Shown here in pieces: positions 57,164 to 64,000 of a stretch of 64,000 nt of DNA; the first letter of the stretch is position 1; each line of letters begins with the position of its first letter. This DNA comes from a virus. The stretch lies in IMG/VR virus record IMGVR_UViG_3300050120_000115, positions 24,954 through 88,953 of that record; one strand, written 5' to 3'. The translations under genes were made by a program, and so were the position numbers. The notes under the pieces were generated by a model that had not been told where the DNA came from, searched no databases, and saw only the letters and a program-made list of their open reading frames with translations.

Positions 57164-57339
57164 TGGGAACTAGAACATTATGGGCAATCGTTGGGAGCTT
57201 TTTCCTTGTGCTGGATGGCTCTACGATTCAATACAGCGCACTTCATCATCACGTTTTTAGTCTTGTGCTGGCGCTGATTAGTTCGTTTCTCTTTTTTCTC
57301 ATCGCTGTACTAAACGGCCTAATGGCGGATGGTAAGTAA
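57163..57339 (+). CDS. Small two-TM membrane protein (58 aa, not in ORF track)
   Basis: TAATG-coupled at both ends; hydrophobic. Confidence 0.55.
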   Translation: MGTRTLWAIVGSFFLVLDGSTIQYSALHHHVFSLVLALISSFLFFLIAVLNGLMADGK

Positions 57340-57716
57340 TGAACAGTTGGTTTCATGCCGTATCCGCTTCTAAGAAATGGGGCGGAACTCCAGAAGACTA
57401 CATTGAGATTGAGGAATTCATTGACTCATCCAAGGTTTCTCTGGGCGACGTGAGGCACCGTAGTTTGTATCATCATACTGAGGGCGTGTGGTTGTGTCAG
57501 AAAGTTTTTGGACGAATTGTAACTCTCGGAGGAGGTCGGCAAGTTCCCGTAAGATTAATTGCCGAGCGTCACATTATTGAGGATTTAGGGTGGTTGCCTT
57601 CACCGGCAGACTACTTGAAGAACATGCCGATCCAACAATGGTTCGGTGGGGCAAAACGTCGAGAGATGTCTTGGGAACAGTTAAAAACTATACCGGAGGA
57701 GGTATCAAATGTCTGA
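57339..57716 (+). CDS. DUF6915-like His-rich protein
   Basis: HA.S.SKKWGG..EDY..I...IDSSK....D.RHR...HH..G......FG......G..VPVR.IAE.HI.EDLG..PS..DYL. Confidence 0.7.
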   Translation: MNSWFHAVSASKKWGGTPEDYIEIEEFIDSSKVSLGDVRHRSLYHHTEGVWLCQKVFGRIVTLGGGRQVPVRLIAERHIIEDLGWLPSPADYLKNMPIQQWFGGAKRREMSWEQLKTIPEEVSNV

Positions 57717-58206
57717 GTTAGCAGGAATTCCAATCGAGGGGGATATTAATCCAACTCATAAAGTAGTAGATCAGGACCCTATTGATTACTGGATCGATGC
57801 CATTAAGGGAGTGTTTACCACAGGTGTTGTCAAGGCCGTAAGGTGGTACCAATACACTCCATATTTTAATGACGGCGACGAATGTGTCTTCGGTATTAGA
57901 GAAGTCTACTATCGATTCGTAGATCTGGATGACGAGGTAGTAGGTGGGGATTACGAGGATGGCTTTCTGGGAGCATATGATGACAGATACGCCGAGTTGC
58001 TTGGTGGATCTAAATACGACGAGGTAACACGAAAATTCACCCCCGTAGAGGGGGCGGACCCGGTTACCGCAGCTCTTGTTAGAGAGTTAAACGAAAGATT
58101 CAACAGTGGTCGTCACGAGGTAGAGCTAGGACGTATCTTCGGTGATCATGCTAAGGTGACCGCCACTCCAGATAAGTTCATTGTTGATTATTACGAGCAC
58201 GACTAA
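57709..58206 (+). CDS. Acidic partner protein of the DUF6915-like gene
   Basis: W.QYTPYFNDGD.C.F...FGDH..V.......YEHD conserved-looking motif. Confidence 0.65.
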   Translation: MSELAGIPIEGDINPTHKVVDQDPIDYWIDAIKGVFTTGVVKAVRWYQYTPYFNDGDECVFGIREVYYRFVDLDDEVVGGDYEDGFLGAYDDRYAELLGGSKYDEVTRKFTPVEGADPVTAALVRELNERFNSGRHEVELGRIFGDHAKVTATPDKFIVDYYEHD

Positions 58207-58502
58207 TGGCCTTTGAAGCTAAGAACAATTACGTGTTTCTGACACTAGACGATAAGGAAGATGAAGTTACTGACTTCGGACTTGTGATCCCCACCTCCCT
58301 AGGCCCCCCTCCAGCGCGCGGAAAAGTTGTGGCGGCGGGACCGGGAAAACATCACGGGAGCGGCAAATTCATACCGAACCCCCTCTCTGTTGGAGACATA
58401 GTTCAGTTCGATAAATTGCAAGCAAAGGGTGTAAAGATCGAAGGTACCGAGTACGTGTGGATAGATGCTGACCACGTAGAGTGCATATTGGAGGAAGAAT
58501 AA
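58206..58502 (+). CDS. groES: Co-chaperonin GroES
   Basis: Mobile loop TDFGLVIP, GKVVAAGPG, L.VGD.V.F....G.KIEG.EY. Confidence 0.9.
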   Translation: MAFEAKNNYVFLTLDDKEDEVTDFGLVIPTSLGPPPARGKVVAAGPGKHHGSGKFIPNPLSVGDIVQFDKLQAKGVKIEGTEYVWIDADHVECILEEE

Positions 58503-58648
58503 TGGCCAGACCAGAGCGTCAGATGAAGATCCGTCTTAATCCCCATGCGCACCGATTAGATGGCACTACGTACACGGTTACCACACGTTTGTCGCGGAAA
58601 TTGAAGGCGCGGGCAAAGACGAAGGCTAAGAAGGAGGCAGCAAAGTGA
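58502..58648 (+). CDS. Small basic protein (48 aa, not in ORF track)
   Basis: TAATG-coupled; C-terminal RKLKARAKTKAKKEAAK. Confidence 0.5.
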   Translation: MARPERQMKIRLNPHAHRLDGTTYTVTTRLSRKLKARAKTKAKKEAAK

Positions 58649-58938
58649 CAATTCTATTCTGGATAGTAGTAGCAGCGTTATTCTTCATTGGTATGGGTAT
58701 TGCAGATTCTTTGCACTATCAGCGCTCGCTCCGTGATTCCTTTACTTCCCCCGATCCAAAAAGTTATGCGCTTCTTCAGACCTACGGCTTTCAAGTTAAG
58801 TACTCTCCGCTGGTCGAACTTGGTACCGTGTTGCTCATCAAGGGATCATCAATTTTGGACCCGGACTATGCCGTATTTTCCGGCGCGGGAGACTGGGAAG
58901 ATGATTGGCAGAATTTCCTAGACCTGGAAGAGGATTAA
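58645..58938 (+). CDS. Membrane-anchored hypothetical protein
   Basis: N-terminal TM helix; AAGGAGG RBS. Confidence 0.55.
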   Translation: MTILFWIVVAALFFIGMGIADSLHYQRSLRDSFTSPDPKSYALLQTYGFQVKYSPLVELGTVLLIKGSSILDPDYAVFSGAGDWEDDWQNFLDLEED

Positions 58939-59631
58939 GTGGCTACAGAATATCACAAGATCAATTCACTTCAGAAGCGCCACACAGAAGGACCCCTTAA
59001 AGGCAGATTTACTGGCGAATGGTGTAACCCAGTTCATGAGTACCTACAACACAACGCTTGGTATTGTCGTGAGAAGGTGGATGGAAGGAACATTCGTATT
59101 GACCTAAGAAAGAACTATACTGTAGTTGCTGACGATTTAGGATATCCTACTTATGCCGACCCGAATAATTCAGCGGAACGATTCATTGGTGGTCGTACCG
59201 ATAATGCGCAAATCCCCGCACCACTGTATGCTGTTCTAGAGGAACTATTTCCTCTTGACAAACTGGTTGACCACTTCGGTAACGAATCGATTGGAACCGG
59301 CATAACGCTCTATGGGGAAGGTTTTGGCGCTGGAATTCAAAAAGGTGGCGCATATGGTCCAGTTGACTTCATCCTCTTCGACATTAAGATAGGTGATTTC
59401 TGGCTTAGCGAAGGAGCCATTACAGGAATAGCAGAATCTCTTGGGCTGCGAAGGGTTCCATACCAAACCATGACTCTATCTTCCGCCATTTCTATTGTTT
59501 CTAGTCATGAGTTAGGATCATCCATCAAAGAGGGTGAGGCAGAAGGTCTTGTTTGTGTTCCAGTCGTGCCGTTATTCGACAAATGGGGCCAGCGCGTAAT
59601 TGTAAAAGTGAAAGGCGTTGATTTCCAATGA
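58939..59631 (+). CDS. RNA ligase (Rnl2-like nucleotidyltransferase domain)
   Basis: Motif I EKVDG.N; III LYGEGFG; IIIa FILFDI; IV EGLV; V VKVK. Confidence 0.85.
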   Translation: MATEYHKINSLQKRHTEGPLKGRFTGEWCNPVHEYLQHNAWYCREKVDGRNIRIDLRKNYTVVADDLGYPTYADPNNSAERFIGGRTDNAQIPAPLYAVLEELFPLDKLVDHFGNESIGTGITLYGEGFGAGIQKGGAYGPVDFILFDIKIGDFWLSEGAITGIAESLGLRRVPYQTMTLSSAISIVSSHELGSSIKEGEAEGLVCVPVVPLFDKWGQRVIVKVKGVDFQ

Positions 59632-59849
59632 TTGACGAAACAGCAGATTTAGAAAGCCAGACATTTACACTAACACTGTCCGGTGAGTATATCAAGGTCA
59701 TCATGAATGCCCTGCACTTCACGCACGGATTTATGGGCGGCGTGGATGCGGAGATTCAGGAGCAAACCGTCCAAGTGAATAATGCTATTGTGGATCAGGT
59801 GACACAGCAAATCCCAGAAGAGGAACAGGTTGAAGATGGCGAGTTTTGA
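59628..59849 (+). CDS. Hypothetical acidic protein
   Basis: ATGA-coupled. Confidence 0.5.
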   Translation: MIDETADLESQTFTLTLSGEYIKVIMNALHFTHGFMGGVDAEIQEQTVQVNNAIVDQVTQQIPEEEQVEDGEF

Positions 59850-60084
59850 TAGTACGATACCGGAGATAGATCCTTTCATTTTAGATGCCGCTTATTCCCG
59901 CGCCATAAATTTGGTAGAGTTAAGTATCGCGACGTGGCGAGGGATGAGGGTTCCATCCGAGATCCTAGAGATAGCTGGAGAAACGGCCAGGGAGGATGAG
60001 TACTTTTTCCGGGGCGGCGCGATAGCACTAGAGGCTCTGAAACTTGAACTCGAAGCCGAGCGTGCAACACAATTTTTAAGTTAG
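59836..60084 (+). CDS. Hypothetical protein
   Basis: Coupled ORF. Confidence 0.5.
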   Translation: MASFDSTIPEIDPFILDAAYSRAINLVELSIATWRGMRVPSEILEIAGETAREDEYFFRGGAIALEALKLELEAERATQFLS

Positions 60085-60088
60085 GGTA

Positions 60089-60123
60089 TTGACACGAGAC
60101 ACAAACTATAGTAAACTATAGTA
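60089..60123 (+). promoter_or_regulatory. SigA promoter overlapped by tandem palindromic repeats
   Basis: TTGACA-17-TAAACT; AAACTATAGT x2. Confidence 0.6.
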
Positions 60124-60134
60124 AGGAGGTAATT

Positions 60135-60392
60135 ATGGGAAAGAAAGCAGATGAACTTCAGAAAAAATTGGACGAGGCGAATGCGGAAATTGAGCGCCTG
60201 AACCGGAAAATTATTGAGAAGCCACAACCCAAGGTCGAACCGTGGAAAGAACCCTTCACAAATCCGTGGGTATACCCATACTATTCATTTACCCTTCCTG
60301 TCACACCAAAACAGGTTCCCTACAATGATAGCGACACCTTCACTATTCCAGTTTCACGAACTATCTGGCATTCAGCTAGCAGACAGGTATAA
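60135..60392 (+). CDS. Hypothetical protein (coiled coil plus Pro/aromatic tail)
   Basis: AAGGAGGT RBS. Confidence 0.65.
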   Translation: MGKKADELQKKLDEANAEIERLNRKIIEKPQPKVEPWKEPFTNPWVYPYYSFTLPVTPKQVPYNDSDTFTIPVSRTIWHSASRQV

Positions 60393-60397
60393 CGCTA

Positions 60398-60582
60398 TGA
60401 ACGAATTGAAACTTTCTTTCTTCGTAACCGGAGCGTTGGCTGTAGTGTCGTATCTGTACTCGCTTTTCTTTGGGCTTAACGGTGTTCAGTTCTTGACAGT
60501 GTGGGTATTGGCATCATTAACCTACCTGGTGGGCGTTCATTTATTCCCGGTTTCCCCGATTCAAAATTTTGAGGAGTTGTGA
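60398..60582 (+). CDS. Small two-TM membrane protein
   Basis: MNELKLSFF...; hydrophobic. Confidence 0.5.
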
Positions 60583-60733
60583 CCGTGGAAACATGGCAGA
60601 TTTCTCCGGTCGGGGGACAAGAACGGATTCTAAGGGACGCACACCGAGACCATAACACCTCAAAAGCCTGGGGAAATTTTGACTGGCCGTGGCGTAGACT
60701 ATGGCGAAAATGGAAGAAAGGATTTAGCTACCT

Positions 60734-60925
60734 ATGAGTACGGGATTTCTAGACGGCGAAGACCCTCTTTACGACGACGGGGATAGGGTAATGCTAGCGT
60801 CCACCGGCAGACAGGGTGATGTGCTATACTCGCGCACAGAATTTGGCAAGAGAATCTACACCATTAAGGACGATTTGGATGTAGTGTTCGAAGCCCCTGA
60901 AGATGACATAATTTCGATATGGTAG
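60734..60925 (+). CDS. Single KOW/SH3-like module protein
   Basis: YDDGDRV......G.V.......YT.......E.DI. Confidence 0.55.
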   Translation: MSTGFLDGEDPLYDDGDRVMLASTGRQGDVLYSRTEFGKRIYTIKDDLDVVFEAPEDDIISIW

Positions 60926-61737
60926 CCTGTCCCTATGCAGCACACTACTTTAACTCAGGATTTACTTGGGATCGTATTATGTATTGCACAGGATGTGGTA
61001 GGCCTATCGACATCCCCATTTCCCCCGACCAAAAAATTGAGACCGCCGAAAGCGAGAAGACCATGACAAAGACTCGACTGATCCGAGAAGACGAACTAGA
61101 ACTTAAGGTAGGTGACACGGTTGTCAAGCGAAACGGCATCGGATACGGCTACAGTCGTACAGTTATAAAGATAGATATTATTCCTAATACTGGAGTGCGA
61201 GTCTGGACCGGCCCCGCTTGTTACGATTGGTATCAGGATCTGATAAAGGAGACTACTGTAAAGAGGGTCGAAACACATACGGACCTTGTTCACACGTTTC
61301 TAGAGGCCCCCCACCTTGAAGTGCTCCTCCCCGAGAAGGGGGTATTCAAGCCTGGTGATAAGGTCTATTATCGCATACCTGGCGACAAGACCGGTGATTA
61401 CTATCCAGGTATTGTTTCTGGGGTTAGAAATACCTGTTACGATGGGACTCCAGTAGAGGCCGGATGGGAAATGATTGACCTTAAAAGCGGTGGATTCGTT
61501 TATTTGAGGGACTTGAGGCACGAATGGGAACTCGAAGAAGATACCAAGAAACCATCTCGCGGAATTTTCAAGCGCGGGGATGAGGTATATTGGGACACAG
61601 CCCAGACGGCCCTAACTCCGAAGGCACATCGACGCTATGAGGTGGTGGGGGGGAAATTTGGTGATAAGGTGATGTTCCAGTCAGGTGGATGGGCTTTTGA
61701 AGGAAACGTACACCATCTTTACGAGGAGAACGAATAG
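60919..61737 (+). CDS. Protein with three KOW/SH3-like modules
   Basis: LKVGDTV, FKPGDKV and FKRGDEV repeats; N-terminal Cys knuckle. Confidence 0.6.
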   Translation: MVACPYAAHYFNSGFTWDRIMYCTGCGRPIDIPISPDQKIETAESEKTMTKTRLIREDELELKVGDTVVKRNGIGYGYSRTVIKIDIIPNTGVRVWTGPACYDWYQDLIKETTVKRVETHTDLVHTFLEAPHLEVLLPEKGVFKPGDKVYYRIPGDKTGDYYPGIVSGVRNTCYDGTPVEAGWEMIDLKSGGFVYLRDLRHEWELEEDTKKPSRGIFKRGDEVYWDTAQTALTPKAHRRYEVVGGKFGDKVMFQSGGWAFEGNVHHLYEENE

Positions 61738-62531
61738 TGCTGAGTGCTGACTCTGTCCTATTCGTTGGAGATACACACGCCAACACGACCTGGCTCCGTA
61801 AGACCGTCCTTCCCCGCGCCGCCGAATTAGAGGTGGACGCTATATTCCAGTTAGGTGATTTTGGATACTGGCCCATTAGGGGCAACAAATTTCTAGAAGT
61901 AGCGGCCAACGCTCGTAAGACCCACGGTGTTGATGTATGGTTCATCGACGGTAATCACGACGACCATGTTTCATTGCGTAAGGATTATCTGAAGACATTC
62001 GTTGGAACTGATGAGCGTTTTCCAGCGGAACTTTCTCCTGGATTTTTCTATCTCCCGCGCGGAAGTAGGGTTGAGGTAGCAGGACTCTCTGTAGCCTGCA
62101 TGGGTGGCGCGCACAGCATCGACCGTGCATTTCGCACGCCGGGGGAAGACTGGTTCCCGGAAGAGCAAATTACCGAAGAAGACGTAGAGGCCGCACTGAA
62201 GAACCCCAGAGCAGACATACTAGTGACTCACGATGCTCCAGCAGGGTGGGAGATTCCTGGGCTCATGCCGAGATCTTCCCTTCCCCGCGAGTGGCAAAAA
62301 GAATTGCCCGCTTGTGAGGCCCACCGTGAAAAGCTAGCCGAAGTACTCAATATTGTTCAGCCAAAAGTATTAGTGCACGGACACTATCACGTAGGGTATT
62401 CCAAGACCGTTGACATGCCCTGGGGAGCGCTAGACGTGTCAGGATTGAACTGTGAATTCACGGCGCGCTGGGGAATGGTGATATACAAGAGGGAAGACGG
62501 ATTCGATTTAGTATGGGAGAATGATCTGTGA
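61737..62531 (+). CDS. Calcineurin-like metallophosphoesterase
   Basis: GDTHAN, LGDFG, DGNHD, GGA.SID, THDAP, HGHYH. Confidence 0.9.
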   Translation: MLSADSVLFVGDTHANTTWLRKTVLPRAAELEVDAIFQLGDFGYWPIRGNKFLEVAANARKTHGVDVWFIDGNHDDHVSLRKDYLKTFVGTDERFPAELSPGFFYLPRGSRVEVAGLSVACMGGAHSIDRAFRTPGEDWFPEEQITEEDVEAALKNPRADILVTHDAPAGWEIPGLMPRSSLPREWQKELPACEAHREKLAEVLNIVQPKVLVHGHYHVGYSKTVDMPWGALDVSGLNCEFTARWGMVIYKREDGFDLVWENDL

Positions 62532-62887
62532 AAACACTTGATAAACCAGTCGAAGTCGGAATACGTAAGTTATGCACCACCCAAGAAGAGGTGGATTTCT
62601 GGACCGAACGTTTCAATTTTTCGGGCGGGGAAGATACGGACCTTCCAGAATACGACCGTATGAAAGATGCCATGGTACAGGCAACCGTAAGGTACCGCGA
62701 GATTATAATGGACCCTCAGGGCTATCTCGATTCTCTAAAGATACCTGGCGGCGTGGACGAAGAAGAACGTCAACTGGCCGTGGCAATCCACTATGCCAAG
62801 AAGTTCGTAGGGTCATACGATATAGCACGCTATATACTTGATGGAATAGAGTCCGGCAGACTACTTTCCTCGCTGCCCCCTTTCTAA
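62528..62887 (+). CDS. Hypothetical protein
   Basis: GTGA-coupled ORF. Confidence 0.55.
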   Translation: MKTLDKPVEVGIRKLCTTQEEVDFWTERFNFSGGEDTDLPEYDRMKDAMVQATVRYREIIMDPQGYLDSLKIPGGVDEEERQLAVAIHYAKKFVGSYDIARYILDGIESGRLLSSLPPF

Positions 62888-63015
62888 AAATTTCCTAGCG
62901 CTCATGTAAATGAATCATGAGCCTATTTCCCCACATCACGTCATGTGTGCGTATCTCCACATTTTGGGCGACGCGCAGAGACGGACCCCTCAAAAGCAAT
63001 TTATTTATGTAGGGT

Positions 63016-63528
63016 TCATGCACGTAGACCAGCAGCCCTACGCTTGTTTCTCCATTTATCTCTGGACATCTCCTTACATGTTCTGCAATATCTGGTACCC
63101 TTAGGGGATAGATAAAGATTTTCACCGGCCAACTCATGACCATGTATGCAATGAGTCTTTCGAGCGTGAACCGCAGAAGGCCCCTCACCGCGAAGAGTAT
63201 TTTCTTTGTGCGTAACAGGTTCAAGATGAGATGGATTTACGCAACGTCTAACTCGGCACAGGTGATCTAACTCTAATCCTTCAGGGATGGGTCCAATCAT
63301 AAGTTCATATGAGGCCCTGTGCGCTCCTATATATTTATTGTTAATCCTGAAAACTCCATACCCATCATCTATCTTGGTTGGAATCCACACCCAACACGGT
63401 CCAAGGTGAGGAGCATATTCAGGAACGGGTCCTTCTTTGTTCACTTTGGTGAGTAATTTACTTATCAGGTTGTCAACAGACTCTTTTTTTCTCATTTTTC
63501 CTATCGTGTCAAAATTGAAACGTTCCAA
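63016..63528 (-). CDS. HNH homing-type endonuclease
   Basis: CWVW.....GYG.F......AHR.SY....GPIPEGLELDHLC....CVNPSHLEPVT..EN..RG, KTHCIHGH...CRTC; same family as 33219-33668. Confidence 0.9.
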   Translation of the reverse strand: MERFNFDTIGKMRKKESVDNLISKLLTKVNKEGPVPEYAPHLGPCWVWIPTKIDDGYGVFRINNKYIGAHRASYELMIGPIPEGLELDHLCRVRRCVNPSHLEPVTHKENTLRGEGPSAVHARKTHCIHGHELAGENLYLSPKGTRYCRTCKEMSRDKWRNKRRAAGLRA

Positions 63529-63586
63529 CCACTAAGTTTTTTCACTAGCGCTTGTTGAATGAATCACCGCTTATTTTCTCCGCATA

Positions 63587-63679
63587 TCATGTACATACGT
63601 GGGGTGCAGTTGACGGGACAGCGCAAGCGAAACACCATCCCGCCAACTCACCCTGGGGCGGCAACCCCGGTAGGGGCAC
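63587..63679 (-). other. Leaderless 30-codon ORF overlapping a long RNA hairpin
   Basis: GTG at the predicted +1: MPLPGLPPQGELAGWCFACAVPSTAPHVCT; stem 63602-63653. Confidence 0.4.
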
Positions 63680-63685
63680 GTATCA

Positions 63686-63714
63686 AGTATAGCTTACAAT
63701 GATGTAATTGTCAA
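63686..63714 (-). promoter_or_regulatory. SigA promoter
   Basis: TTGACA-17-TATACT on the minus strand. Confidence 0.8.
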
Positions 63715-63789
63715 GTAAAAAATCGAATGAATCACCGATCTTTTGGTCATCGCACGCGCGCGATTACCTTTTGTGCTATACTCGTGTGC

Positions 63790-63978
63790 ATGGCAAAGAA
63801 GATACCAAATAGCATGAGGAACAAGATTCCTCGGACCGTTTACTGTGGCTACTGTTTACGTGAGACCGGTAAGCGCGTGAGGTTGGTGGTGTATAGTGAC
63901 GAGTACCGTAAGCACTTCGACACCCACAAGGTCGTGTGGGTTGGTGATCTTATGAACATGAACGATTACCATGGGTGA
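63790..63978 (+). CDS. Small Zn-finger protein, leaderless
   Basis: TGC-TATACT (63774-82) 7 nt before the ATG; CGYC...H...H. Confidence 0.6.
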   Translation: MAKKIPNSMRNKIPRTVYCGYCLRETGKRVRLVVYSDEYRKHFDTHKVVWVGDLMNMNDYHG

Positions 63979-64000
63979 CAACGGAGTACGCAGTAAGATA

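Larger units (their letters stand above)
29674..62893. repeat. Dispersed bipartite motif TCCCC(C)G-N4-6-AAAATT (dozens of copies, both orientations)
   Basis: Examples at 37431, 37826, 39993, 42308, 45861, 51277, 51462, 52145, 53746, 54027, 55126, 55798, 58746, 60551, 61019, 61563, 62615. Confidence 0.75.

Noticed and set aside
33219-63528. Two similar HNH genes as a recent duplication or terminal repeat
   Set aside because: Similarity is at protein-motif level only; no extended nucleotide identity was visible.
63587-63680. tRNA or SRP RNA
   Set aside because: No cloverleaf, T-loop or SRP GGAA/GCAGC motif; kept only as an unexplained hairpin.
1-64000. Integrase/att site, diversity-generating retroelement, recoded stop codons
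   Set aside because: No recombinase or reverse transcriptase ORF and no TR/VR pair seen. Genes are full-length in code 11, and TAG stops are often coupled to the next start (TAGTG).

Overview
The window is part of a tailed dsDNA phage genome. It is a contractile-tailed myovirus of an actinobacterial host: two WhiB regulators, an actinobacterial-type SSB, an Rpf-like muralytic enzyme and leaderless SigA-type promoters. 1-24.6 kb (+) is the tail/baseplate module (neck, sheath, tube, frameshifting chaperone, tape measure, LysM, hub, spike, wedge proteins), with collagen-like and Gly-rich fibres, GH26 and GH16 glycosidases and a GT4 glycosyltransferase. 24.6-31.2 kb (+) holds lysis and accessory genes. 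31.1-39.1 kb (-) is a recombination/anti-defence operon (WhiB, HNHs, Tad1-like sponge, SSB, ERF, YqaJ, LexA-type HTH, RecA). 39.2-51.2 kb (+) covers replication (SNF2 helicase, iteron-bearing initiator, intein-containing DnaB-like helicase) plus a block of small genes bounded by direct repeats. 52.5-64 kb holds early/host-takeover genes (CCA-HD enzyme, RNA ligase, phosphoesterase, Rpf, GroES, KOW/SH3-like modules). The most striking unexplained signal is a bipartite ~18-20 bp motif, TCCCC(C)G-N4-6-AAAATT, seen by eye dozens of times in both orientations, mostly inside coding sequence of the non-structural half. No integrase, tRNA, rRNA or CRISPR array was recognised. All protein calls come from motif recognition only; no database searches were run.
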